A stretch of 58,879 nt of DNA from Candidatus Tayloriibacteriota bacterium (GTDB taxonomy: Bacteria; Patescibacteriota; Minisyncoccia; Phycocordibacterales; PALSA-1337): assembly GCA_037130865.1 (NCBI GenBank), contig JBAXSG010000004.1, forward strand, positions 1 to 58,879, given 5' to 3'. Both the position numbers and the translations under genes were made by a program. Positions within the stretch are counted from its first letter, which is position 1, and each line of letters starts with the position of its first letter. The notes beneath the pieces are model-generated. The model was not told where the DNA came from and made no database searches. It worked only from the letters and a program-made list of their open reading frames with translations. Below are positions 9,489 through 19,641 of this stretch, in pieces.

Positions 9489-11321
9489 ATGAATCTCTCC
9501 AACATCCGCAATTTCTCTATCATCGCGCACATCGACCATGGCAAGTCGACATTGGCTGATCGCATGCTCGAGATTACTGGCACGATCGAAAAACGCAAGA
9601 TGCAAGAGCAAGTACTTGATTCTATGGAGCTTGAGCGTGAGCGCGGCATTACCATAAAGATGCAACCGGTGCGCATGAAGTTTAAATCGGGCGGCGCCGA
9701 GTATGTGCTCAACCTCATCGACACGCCAGGACATATAGATTTCTCTTACGAAGTCTCGCGCGCACTACGGGCCGTGGAAGGTTCTATACTTCTCGTTGAT
9801 GCTACACAAGGTGTTCAGGCGCAAACATTGACCACACTCAATATGGCTCGCGAGATCGGACTTGTCATCATACCAGTTGTGAGCAAGATAGATTCTCCAC
9901 TGGCACGCGTGGATGATGTGGTGAAAGAAGTGAGTCAACTCCTTGGGTGTGACGAATCAGAGGTCATAAAAGTTTCCGGCAGAACTGGAGATGGTGTTGC
10001 GAACCTACTTGATGAAGTCATCAAGCGTGTGCCTGCGCCTTCCATAGAAACAGGCGCGAAAAATGACGAAGTTGCGCGCACGGCAGAGCGTGAAGGTCAT
10101 TTCCGTGCGATTATTTTCGATTTCCAATACTCGAACCATACCGGTGTCATCGTTTATGTCAGAGTTTTCAATGGTCACGCCAAGAAGCGCGACCGCCTAG
10201 TTTTCAAGATAGCGGAAAGGGAATTCGAAGCTATAGATGTCGGCATATTTATGCCGCAAGAAACGCCGACGGATACACTCGGTGCAGGTGAGATCGGTTA
10301 TATCGTGACAGGTATCAAAGAGCCGGGCGTAGCTTCTGTTGGAGACACTGTGGCGTCGACGAAGGATACTGAACCACCATTGCCTGGTTATGCAAATCCA
10401 CGACCAGTCGTCTGGGCTTCTATATATCCGGAGAGCCAAGATGATTTACCACTTTTGAAACAAGCACTTGGTCGTCTGAAGCTGTCGGATTCTGCATTTA
10501 CATATGAAGAAGAAGCTTCTGGTACTCTCGGAAAAGGTTATCGTTGTGGATTCCTTGGTATGTTACACCTCGAGATCGTGACGGAGCGTCTTCGTCGAGA
10601 ATTCAATCTCGAGCTCGTCGTGACTATGCCGACTATTACTTATGAAGTTACATTGAAAAATGGAAAAAAGTCGAAGATATATTCGCCAGCACTTTTTCCA
10701 GATGATCATGACATAGCCGAAGTCTCCGAGCCGATCGTGGCGATGAAGATAATCACTCCACCGGCTTATATCGGCGGACTCATGAAGCTTCTTTATGATC
10801 ATGAAGGGGAAGTCATAGCCACAGAAAACTTTGGTGACAACAGGACTATTCTCGTCTTGAATATGCCGCTACGCGAATTGATGCGCAACTTTTTCGATGA
10901 AGTAAAAAGCGTCTCTTCTGGTTATGCCTCGATTTCTTACGATATAGTAGATAGTCGCAAAGCCGATGTGGTGCGTATGGATGTCCTCATCGCTGATGAA
11001 CCAGTTGTCGCTTTCTCACGCGTGGTTTCGCGTCGCCGTGTGACCGAAGATGCTGAAGATGTTGTGGAGAGATTGCACAAGATTTTGCCACGCGAATTGT
11101 TCACTTACAAGATTCAAGCTTGCGCTTTTGGCCGTATCCTCTCATCACGCTCACTTTCAGGAGTGAAGAAAGATGCTGCTGGAACATTGTCTGGTGGAGA
11201 CATTACTAGAAAAATGAAGCTGCGTGAGAAGCAGAAAGAAGGCCGCAAACGCCTGAAGGAGCACGGAAAAGTTACCATCCCGCAGGAAGTTTTCGTGAAA
11301 ATGATGCGAAGTGGAGACTAA
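9489..11321 (+). CDS. lepA: Translation elongation factor 4 (LepA)
   Basis: IRNFSIIAHIDHGKSTLADR, LIDTPGH, GFLGMLHLEI and GGDITRK. Start trimmed to ATG 9489. Confidence 0.97.
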   Translation: MNLSNIRNFSIIAHIDHGKSTLADRMLEITGTIEKRKMQEQVLDSMELERERGITIKMQPVRMKFKSGGAEYVLNLIDTPGHIDFSYEVSRALRAVEGSILLVDATQGVQAQTLTTLNMAREIGLVIIPVVSKIDSPLARVDDVVKEVSQLLGCDESEVIKVSGRTGDGVANLLDEVIKRVPAPSIETGAKNDEVARTAEREGHFRAIIFDFQYSNHTGVIVYVRVFNGHAKKRDRLVFKIAEREFEAIDVGIFMPQETPTDTLGAGEIGYIVTGIKEPGVASVGDTVASTKDTEPPLPGYANPRPVVWASIYPESQDDLPLLKQALGRLKLSDSAFTYEEEASGTLGKGYRCGFLGMLHLEIVTERLRREFNLELVVTMPTITYEVTLKNGKKSKIYSPALFPDDHDIAEVSEPIVAMKIITPPAYIGGLMKLLYDHEGEVIATENFGDNRTILVLNMPLRELMRNFFDEVKSVSSGYASISYDIVDSRKADVVRMDVLIADEPVVAFSRVVSRRRVTEDAEDVVERLHKILPRELFTYKIQACAFGRILSSRSLSGVKKDAAGTLSGGDITRKMKLREKQKEGRKRLKEHGKVTIPQEVFVKMMRSGD

Positions 11322-11428
11322 TATTTCAAAGCTGGAAAATACAATAGGATCATGCTCACGATCACTAATATAGCGACCACGATCATGACGACACCCATGG
11401 CTTTCTTTGTTTTATGGTGAAATAACAT
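11318..11428 (-). CDS. Small single-TM protein (36 aa, MLFHHKTKKAMGVVMIVVAILVIVSMILLYFPALKY)
   Basis: Below the ORF-track cutoff. Basic N-terminus plus a hydrophobic helix, with TATACT 9 nt upstream of the ATG. Confidence 0.6.
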   Translation of the reverse strand: MLFHHKTKKAMGVVMIVVAILVIVSMILLYFPALKY

Positions 11429-11437
11429 AGTGAATCT

Positions 11438-11445
11438 AGTATACT
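11438..11445. promoter_or_regulatory. Palindromic AGTATACT, a putative bidirectional -10 element
   Basis: Gives TATACT on both strands, 7 and 9 nt from divergent ATGs at 11453 and 11428. Confidence 0.55.
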
Positions 11446-11452
11446 GTGATAT

Positions 11453-11866
11453 ATGCAAAACAGCAACCGTAAATATTGGTGGAGACTTATGCACAACCCA
11501 CTTATGATGCTTATTGCATTGGCATTACTTTTTTTCTTGGCTAGAGCTGCTTGGAATGTGCACAGGTCAGCAGGGTTGGTCTCTACTAGACTTTCGCAAG
11601 CTCAAGCGGAAAAAGATAAGCTTGATGCAGAAAAACAGAGCCTTTCTTCTAAGATTGGCGACCTTTCTACTCCTTCAGGATTGGAGTCAGAGCTACGCAT
11701 AAAATATCGTGCAGTGAAAGAAGGTGAGTCTGTGGCAGTTATAGTAAATAAAGATCAGACGACAAGTTCATCAAGTCCGTCAAATCTATTAAATTCATCA
11801 AATTCATCAAACCTATCAAGACAGATGGGTTGGTGGGACAAGATGCTTAGTATGATCGGTCTATAA
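11453..11866 (+). CDS. Septum formation initiator (FtsB/DivIC-like)
   Basis: TM plus coiled coil plus LSTPSGLESELRIKY..VKEGE. Confidence 0.75.
   Translation: MQNSNRKYWWRLMHNPLMMLIALALLFFLARAAWNVHRSAGLVSTRLSQAQAEKDKLDAEKQSLSSKIGDLSTPSGLESELRIKYRAVKEGESVAVIVNKDQTTSSSSPSNLLNSSNSSNLSRQMGWWDKMLSMIGL
11765..11818 (+). repeat. Degenerate 9-mer tandem repeat (about 6 x AATTCATCA) encoding a Ser/Asn linker
   Basis: agttcatca agtccgtca aatctatta aattcatca aattcatca aacctatca. Confidence 0.7.
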
Positions 11867-11868
11867 AA

Positions 11869-11890
11869 AATGCGGGTATGGTTTAGTGGT
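11869..11890 (+). repeat. Direct duplicate of the tRNA-Gly 5' end
   Basis: AATGCGGGTATGGTTTAGTGGT is identical to 11910-11931. Confidence 0.9.
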
Positions 11891-11912
11891 TTATTGTGGT
11901 CTGACAGACAAT

Positions 11913-11983
11913 GCGGGTATGGTTTAGTGGTAGAATGCGGCCTTCCCAAGGCTGAGACGGGAGTTCGATTCTCCCTACCCGCA
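11913..11983 (+). tRNA. tRNA-Gly(CCC)
   Basis: Cloverleaf with GCGGGTA/TACCCGC acceptor, anticodon loop TTCCCAA and GTTCGATTC T-loop. Confidence 0.95.
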
Positions 11984-11987
11984 CAGA

Positions 11988-12224
11988 TTATTTAAGTCCC
12001 AACATCGCACCTAGTTTTGATTCATCGAAGCCGACGACGACTTCACCGTCTACATCTATAACTGGAACACCCATTTGTCCGGTCTTATCGATCATCTCCT
12101 TGCGCTTGGTTAGGTCGGTAGCTACATTGTATTCGGTGTATTCGGCGCCATTGGCCTTAAAGAAGTTCTTAGCTAGATTGCAATAGACACAAGTTGGTGT
12201 CGAATATATAAGTATCTTTTTCAT
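11988..12224 (-). CDS. Glutaredoxin/NrdH-like redoxin
   Basis: CVYC active site, GQMGVPVI..DG..VVGFD. Confidence 0.92.
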   Translation of the reverse strand: MKKILIYSTPTCVYCNLAKNFFKANGAEYTEYNVATDLTKRKEMIDKTGQMGVPVIDVDGEVVVGFDESKLGAMLGLK

Positions 12225-12303
12225 GTTTTTATTTGTATGTGTTGGCTTTTATGTTCAACACGGTTTTAGATTTATATTGTAGCATGTTATAATAGTCTAT
12301 TGT

Positions 12304-13605
12304 ATGGGTTATTCACATTATATTTCTGAACTTACGAAGTTTGTGGAGACGGTCGCTATCATCGGTGGATATCCATTTCTATTTTTGACTGTGCTTTTTG
12401 AGGGTATACCGCTCTTGGGAACTCTTGTACCAGGTCATATTTCTATCATTGTTGCTGGATTCCTTATAAGGATTGGTGTGTTCAATGTCTGGTTTACCTG
12501 TGCATTGGCGGTCATTGCTGCTGTATCTGGAGACTATATCGGTTTCTATCTTGGTAAGAGATACGGGCTTGCACTTATAGACAAAGTGAAGCCATTTTTC
12601 TTCATAACTGACGAACACATAGCGAAGGTTCAGAGACTTCTAGATAAACACACCGGCAAAGCCATGATCTTAGGTAGACTCAGTCCTGTCACCAGATCAC
12701 TCATGCCTTTTATGGTTGGGGCAAATCATTCAGACGACCGCATGGATAAGGCCGCGAAGAAATGTGATGAAAAGAGATTTTGGATATTCAATATCATCGG
12801 TGGAAGCATTTGGGCTGTAGGTTCCATAATATTGGGTTATGTATTTGGTGCTGGTTACCAGATGGCAAATATTTTCACTGGCAAGACCATTCTCATCGTC
12901 ATAGGCGCTGGATTGATAATCATCTGGGGGTATCGTTTCGTAAATGTACGCTTCCATGTATTCAAGAAATATGAATTGTTCATATTGCTTTTCAATATTC
13001 TTTCACTCTGGGGTCTTTTGCAGACTACGAGAGACACATTGCTAGCCAGCTCACAATTGGCGGTTTTCGATATCTCTATAAATACCTTTATATCTTCACA
13101 TGTGACCCCGCAGATCGTCTCTATAGCCTCTAAAATATCAGATGGTGGAGTATTCTTCATGCTGACGCTTGGAATGCTTTGTGCCGCCTTTCTATTGCGC
13201 AAGAGAAAATGGCGCTCAATATCGATATTCGTATTGTCTCTAGGTTCTTCGGCAATAATGATGACTTTCCTGAAGGAATTCTTCATGCGCACCCGCCCAG
13301 AAAATGCTCTTCAATTCCTGACTGATCCAAGTTTTCCAAGTGGTCATGCCACCATGGCGGCTGCATTTTTCCTTGTCATAATGTATCTACTTGTACCGAA
13401 GATACATTCTTGGATAAAAAGGGAAGTCTTTATAGTCGTCTGTGTGCTAAGCGTCATCGCTATCGGATTGAGTCGTGTCGTCCTAAATGTTCACTGGTCT
13501 TCAGATGTCATCGCTGGTTGGTCACTCGGAGTATTTTGTACCACAGCGTCAATACTGCTCGTCAGATATATTGGTGGCATTATTCACAGACAGATTATTG
13601 AGTAG
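12304..13605 (+). CDS. Bifunctional DedA / PAP2 phosphatase membrane protein
   Basis: DedA motifs (FEG...VPG, GD.IGF.LGK, GRLSP). PAP2 motifs K..F.R.RP, SFPSGHA and SRV.L.VHW.SDV.AG. Confidence 0.9.
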   Translation: MGYSHYISELTKFVETVAIIGGYPFLFLTVLFEGIPLLGTLVPGHISIIVAGFLIRIGVFNVWFTCALAVIAAVSGDYIGFYLGKRYGLALIDKVKPFFFITDEHIAKVQRLLDKHTGKAMILGRLSPVTRSLMPFMVGANHSDDRMDKAAKKCDEKRFWIFNIIGGSIWAVGSIILGYVFGAGYQMANIFTGKTILIVIGAGLIIIWGYRFVNVRFHVFKKYELFILLFNILSLWGLLQTTRDTLLASSQLAVFDISINTFISSHVTPQIVSIASKISDGGVFFMLTLGMLCAAFLLRKRKWRSISIFVLSLGSSAIMMTFLKEFFMRTRPENALQFLTDPSFPSGHATMAAAFFLVIMYLLVPKIHSWIKREVFIVVCVLSVIAIGLSRVVLNVHWSSDVIAGWSLGVFCTTASILLVRYIGGIIHRQIIE

Positions 13606-13619
13606 TCAGGCAGAATAGA

Positions 13620-15125
13620 TCACACGAGAGGCTTTCCTGTCATTGATGGAGGGATTTTTATATCCAATATTTTTAGAATCGTTGGTGCGATATCGGACAA
13701 TTCTCCATCATGTAACTTGTATCCATTTGTCGTCAATATACATGGTACAGGATTTGTCGTATGTGCGGTATGTCTTATGCCGGTCTGCTGATCTATATTC
13801 ATTTCGGCGTTGCCATGGTCAGCTGATATGAGAGCTATGCCACCACTTGTTTCAAGTTTTGTTACTATGCGTTCAAGTTGGGTGTCTATGGTTTCTACAG
13901 CCTTTATGATTGCAGGAATGTTGGCTGTATGACCTACCATATCAGCATTTGCAAAGTTTATAAATATGAAATCAGTCCCAGCCGCGATTTCTTCTATAGC
14001 CTTATCTGCTATAGCTTCGGCACGCATTTCTGGAGCTTGGTCGTGTGTCTTCACATCCTTTCGACTATCTATCAGAACATCTCGTTCTTCGGGATATGGT
14101 TTCTCTCGTCCACCATTTAAGAAATATGTCGCATGTGCGAATTTTTCTGTCTCAGATATATGTGCCTGTCTTAGTCCCGCATTGGATATTTCTAGTCCAA
14201 GGGTTGTCTCTATTGGTTGAGGTGGAAAAGCCATATGACAGACGAAATCTACACAATATTCAGTCAAAGTAACTAACATAATATTCTCTCTTTTTTGTCT
14301 TTCCAGGATTTTTTCTGAGAGCATACGTGCACGATCGGCTCTAAAATTGAAGAAGAATACTCCATCATTTTTCTTTATAGCACAACCCAACCCATTTATA
14401 TTGGAGCAAACAGTTGGTTCCAATGTCTCATCCATGGTTCCAATCTTATATTGTTCATCCATGTAAGACGAAGGCTTTATATTGCAGACATTTCCCTTAC
14501 AATCAAACAAAGCCTTCTCTACTTTTGCTAAACGGTCCCAATTATTGTCGCGATCCATAGCGAAGTATCTTCCAGAGATAGTAGCTATGAAGAAGTTTGG
14601 TCCAAGTGTCTTTATAAAATCCTCGAGCTCTCGTAGGTATTCGGAAGCGCTCTGTGGTGCCGTATCTCGACCGTCGGTGAATACGTGAATAGCGACCATA
14701 GGTATGTTATGTTTTTTTGCTAATTTCAAAAAAGCGTACAGATGATTTTGATGGCTATGGACTCCACCTGGACTGACTAGTCCTTGCACATGCAGAGTAG
14801 AGCCGTATTTTTTTACATGATCGAACAGTCGCAAAAATTCAATATTTGTATCAAAAGATCCATCATTGATAGCTTTATTTATACGGACTATGTCTGTATC
14901 TGCTGGTCTACCAGCACCTATGGTCATGTGTCCAACCTCACTGTTTCCCATTTGTCCATTTGGTAATCCAACCGCTTCTCCAGATGCCTTCAGTAGACAA
15001 TGAGGATATTTCTTCCACATTTGGTCCCAAAAGGGTTTCTTAGCAGTAGCAATAGCGTTATTCTCTTTTTTTTCGCTATAACCCCAACCATCGAGAATGA
15101 TTAAGACTACTTGTTCTTTTTTCAT
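13620..15125 (-). CDS. gpmI: 2,3-bisphosphoglycerate-independent phosphoglycerate mutase
   Basis: LIILDGWG, GQMGNSEVGH, DGRD, NADMVGHT, ADHGNAE and TAHT. Confidence 0.97.
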   Translation of the reverse strand: MKKEQVVLIILDGWGYSEKKENNAIATAKKPFWDQMWKKYPHCLLKASGEAVGLPNGQMGNSEVGHMTIGAGRPADTDIVRINKAINDGSFDTNIEFLRLFDHVKKYGSTLHVQGLVSPGGVHSHQNHLYAFLKLAKKHNIPMVAIHVFTDGRDTAPQSASEYLRELEDFIKTLGPNFFIATISGRYFAMDRDNNWDRLAKVEKALFDCKGNVCNIKPSSYMDEQYKIGTMDETLEPTVCSNINGLGCAIKKNDGVFFFNFRADRARMLSEKILERQKRENIMLVTLTEYCVDFVCHMAFPPQPIETTLGLEISNAGLRQAHISETEKFAHATYFLNGGREKPYPEERDVLIDSRKDVKTHDQAPEMRAEAIADKAIEEIAAGTDFIFINFANADMVGHTANIPAIIKAVETIDTQLERIVTKLETSGGIALISADHGNAEMNIDQQTGIRHTAHTTNPVPCILTTNGYKLHDGELSDIAPTILKILDIKIPPSMTGKPLV

Positions 15126-15138
15126 GTTTTTACTTCTT

Positions 15139-16473
<1,335 letters not shown>

Positions 16474-16493
16474 TTAAGCGGTAAATTCCACTC

Positions 16494-16522
16494 TTGACAT
16501 ATGAGTAGTTTCGGTCTATACT
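16494..16522 (+). promoter_or_regulatory. Near-consensus sigma70 promoter with no adjacent ORF
   Basis: TTGACA-17 nt-TATACT. Confidence 0.7.
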
Positions 16523-16527
16523 CCAGA

Positions 16528-16692
16528 AAGATTTAAGTGGTTTTTATTTTCTGAGCGTAGTGGTCCCAGACTCTCTCGTACTTCAGAGGGGTTCCCCACC
16601 CCCTTCCTCCTTGGCGGGATTGTCTGGACCATCTTTAAGAGGAGCGAGCCGTAATAGTTTTTGCACATACTGGTGCCGGCTCCTCTTTTTTA
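16528..16692 (+). ncRNA. Candidate structured small RNA (~165 nt)
   Basis: Promoter upstream. TGGTCC(C)AGAC/GTCTGGACCA stem encloses two sub-hairpins. AAGAGGAGC/GCTCCTCTT stem plus U-tract. Confidence 0.5.
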
Positions 16693-16757
16693 TTATATTT
16701 TTTAGTATGGCCGGTTGATGGTTGGCTGACTGGCGGGCGAGCTAGCTGGCGGGCGGG

Positions 16758-16885
16758 ACACATACTTTTTAAGAGTTTTTCAAAGTGACAGAAAAGTTGT
16801 CACTTTTCAAAAGTGCTTAGGAGGGATGTGTGGGGGACATGTCCTACTGAGCACAGTGGCACTTTTAACGCCTTTTCCGTCAAAA
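16758..16885 (+). repeat. Dispersed hairpin element, copy A
   Basis: Core AAAGTGACAGAAAAGTTGTCACTTT within ACACAT...ATGTGT. Tail shared with copy D. Confidence 0.95.
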
Positions 16886-16903
16886 ATAGTATATAATCAA
16901 ACC

Positions 16904-17701
16904 ATGAAAAAACCTAAAACTTCTTGGGGTAATGTCGCTGGCTGGTATGACAATCTTCTGGAGAAATCTCCAGACTCATACCAAGAAAAAGTGATCCTAC
17001 CAAATCTTTTACGTATAGTAGATCCAAAACCAGGACAAAAAATACTAGACATTGCTTGTGGTCAGGGATATTTCAGTCGCATCCTAGCGAAAAATGGCGC
17101 ACAGGTGACTGGTTGTGATATTTCCTCTGAACTCATTGAGCTAGCAAAGAAAAATTCTCCAAAAGAGATAACATATTTTGTGGCGCCTGCGGAGAAGATT
17201 ATCGATCCTGATACAGCCAACGCAGAAAAAAGTTTCGATACAGCCATTATAGTACTAGCTATTCAAAATATAGAGGATATGCGAGCAGCTTTTTCCGAGA
17301 GTGCACGCCTTTTGAAATCTCCAGATTCGAAATTGGGAACAACCGGAAGACTCATTATCGTCATCAACCATCCAATCTTCAGAATTCCTCAAAACTCAAG
17401 TTGGGAATGGGACGCCAAGGCTCACAAACAATATCGCCGCATCGATTCTTATATGACTGACAATAAGATCAAGATAGATATGGCACCAGGTGGAGGCGCA
17501 AAAGGAAAAGCGCAGACTATTTCATTTCATAGACCTTTGCAAGGATATTTCAAAGCATTGAACTCTGCTGGATTCGCCGTGACTCGTCTAGAAGAATGGA
17601 TTTCTCATAAACAAAGTCAAGAAGGACCACGCGCGCAAGAAGAAGATCGCACCAGAAAAGAGATTCCATTGTTTATGTGCATAGAAGCGCGCAAGCTTTA
17701 G
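16904..17701 (+). CDS. Class I SAM-dependent methyltransferase
   Basis: ILDIACGQG motif I and GCDIS. Start trimmed to the ATG 6 nt after TATAAT. Confidence 0.9.
   Translation: MKKPKTSWGNVAGWYDNLLEKSPDSYQEKVILPNLLRIVDPKPGQKILDIACGQGYFSRILAKNGAQVTGCDISSELIELAKKNSPKEITYFVAPAEKIIDPDTANAEKSFDTAIIVLAIQNIEDMRAAFSESARLLKSPDSKLGTTGRLIIVINHPIFRIPQNSSWEWDAKAHKQYRRIDSYMTDNKIKIDMAPGGGAKGKAQTISFHRPLQGYFKALNSAGFAVTRLEEWISHKQSQEGPRAQEEDRTRKEIPLFMCIEARKL
17493..17513 (+). repeat. Heptamer array (3 degenerate units) inside the methyltransferase CDS
   Basis: gaggcgc aaaagga aaagcgc. Confidence 0.5.
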
Positions 17702-18912
17702 TTTGTATCTTTTATTGTCATTACTGGCCACAAAGCCAACAGAGAGATAATACCTAGAACTATAAAATTGTAAGGATGAAGTGTATCCGAATGTGTGAGA
17801 ATCATCACCAATATCGAACCTGCTGGAGCTATAAAATACGATATTGGTCGAGTCATACGGAACAATCCGAGCGCGGCGGAGTCTCTTGGTGAGACCGTCT
17901 TGAAGAAATATGTTTCTATCATAATCTCAGCAGCAGCGGCACCGATCCTTGTCATGAAAAGTAGAAGTGCCCACAAAGCTATATTTGGTATGTTCACAAA
18001 GCCGAGGATGATGGTAGATATTCCCATAACTACAAATCCGGCGGCCATAATCTCTTTCTCGCCATATTTTTTGTCAGCCAACATACCGAGAGGGTATTGA
18101 ATAAGAGAAAACGGTATAAGCATAATTACCAAAATGATACCGATTTCTTCCCAGCCGAATCCCATGACTTTATTTAAGTAGATAGGACTGTAGACTGTCA
18201 TCCATGCATAGAATATCTGCATGATTGTATTTGCCATAAACAGTTTTATCCAGTTGCTGTTGTGACTAATATGTTTGACTAGTTGCCATGGAGATAGATG
18301 AGTATAGTTTGGATCTTTGAAGCGTGGAAAATTTCTGTAAATAAGATACAAGAGAGGGAAGAGCATTGCCAGAGCCGCCACATATGTATTGTGATAGTTG
18401 CCGTTGCCATTTATTATCATACTGCCTATGAGAGGCGCGATGACCCAAGAGGCATTTAATGTCGCTGTGTACATTCCACGGACAGCTCCGACGTGTAATC
18501 CGTCAGTATAAGCTTCGAGGAATATATCTAGACAGAGTCCTATCACTGATATGACCGCCGTTTGCAATACGAACAATGTTGTCAGCATGATCGGCGATGT
18601 CTGTGTCACTAGTCCCCAGAAAAGTAATATTTGAATGACCACAGCCCACATAGCTATACGATAGTTTCCTAATTTACGGATGAGCCATGGTGACATAAGG
18701 AATGCTAGAACAGTCACAGCCGCACCCATAATGTATATGTAACTGATAGTCCTCTCGTCAGCGAATAGACCCAAGAAACTTGAGTTCGAATACATCGGGA
18801 TCACCAAGTGTAATGTGTATATGAAGCCGATGACAGCGATCGTATATATCACATGAGTCCTACTGTGAGGATGATGATTTGGATGCACGCTTTGTTTGAT
18901 GTCTTTGTCCAT
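17698..18912 (-). CDS. MFS transporter
   Basis: 12 TM segments, G.LADKKYGEK motif A-like loop. Confidence 0.88.
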   Translation of the reverse strand: MDKDIKQSVHPNHHPHSRTHVIYTIAVIGFIYTLHLVIPMYSNSSFLGLFADERTISYIYIMGAAVTVLAFLMSPWLIRKLGNYRIAMWAVVIQILLFWGLVTQTSPIMLTTLFVLQTAVISVIGLCLDIFLEAYTDGLHVGAVRGMYTATLNASWVIAPLIGSMIINGNGNYHNTYVAALAMLFPLLYLIYRNFPRFKDPNYTHLSPWQLVKHISHNSNWIKLFMANTIMQIFYAWMTVYSPIYLNKVMGFGWEEIGIILVIMLIPFSLIQYPLGMLADKKYGEKEIMAAGFVVMGISTIILGFVNIPNIALWALLLFMTRIGAAAAEIMIETYFFKTVSPRDSAALGLFRMTRPISYFIAPAGSILVMILTHSDTLHPYNFIVLGIISLLALWPVMTIKDTN

Positions 18913-18991
18913 GATGTTTAGGTATATGGAGATTATTATAGCAATTACATAAACCTAAAACCACTCGAGCTGGGAGGAGTCTTCATAACTT

Positions 18992-19231
18992 CTTGAACGT
19001 CCTGTATTGATTATTAAGGTCTATTACCAAGGAATGGTATTGGTGATTCCAATAACTAGTAAGAAAAAGAAAGATAAATATCGTGTGCCAATAATAATAA
19101 ACCATACATCATCATTTGCGGTGTTGTCTCAAGCGAAGACGATAAGTACGAAAAGGTTATCAAGAAGATACTTTAAGATTACAAAAGAGGACTTTGATAA
19201 TGTGGTCCGATTGTACAAGGAGCATATATGA
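18992..19231 (+). pseudogene. 5'-truncated MazF/PemK-family endoribonuclease
   Basis: ERPVLIIK...VIPITSK...AVLSQAKTISTKRL. An in-frame TAA lies just upstream of LLERPVL and the N-terminal strand is missing. Confidence 0.7.
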
Positions 19232-19313
19232 GAAAAACCCCACCATGAGGTGGAGTCTTTCGGGGCCCGAAGGCATTATGTTGCAAGTTTAGCAAAAGCC
19301 AGATAGTTGTCAA
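19232..19313 (-). ncRNA. Convergent promoter plus predicted ~50-nt RNA downstream of the mazF remnant
   Basis: Minus strand: TTGACA-16-TAAACT with extended TG, a GCC-TTCG-GGC hairpin, then a GACTCCACC/GGTGGGGTT stem with a U-tract. Confidence 0.55.
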
Positions 19314-19374
19314 ATCTGCTAGCCAGATGCACCGGCTTGCACGCTCTTAAAACACGTGCTATTCTATCCCCACA

Positions 19375-19641
19375 ATGAAAAAAGATATACATCCGAAAGA
19401 TTACCGTCTCGTCATATTCGCCGATAACTCCAGCGGTGCTAAATTCCTCATATCTTCAACTATAGCTACAAAAGAGACCATGAAATGGACCGATGGTAAG
19501 GATTATCCAGTATTCCATGTGGAAATCTCTAGCGCTTCACATCCTTTCTATACAAACCAAGAGAAGACCATAGACACTGCTGGTCGCGTAGAGAAGTTCA
19601 AATCTCGCCAAGCCAAGGCTAAGCCAAAGGCTGGTAAATAG
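19375..19641 (+). CDS. rpmE2: 50S ribosomal protein L31 type B (Zn-free)
   Basis: [22 protein letters not shown] and GRVEKF. No Cys. Confidence 0.95.
   Translation: MKKDIHPKDYRLVIFADNSSGAKFLISSTIATKETMKWTDGKDYPVFHVEISSASHPFYTNQEKTIDTAGRVEKFKSRQAKAKPKAGK

Noticed and set aside
16707-16757. G-rich stretch with 4-nt periodicity (gctg/gcgg/gttg)
   Set aside because: A single short low-complexity tract with no second copy in the window.
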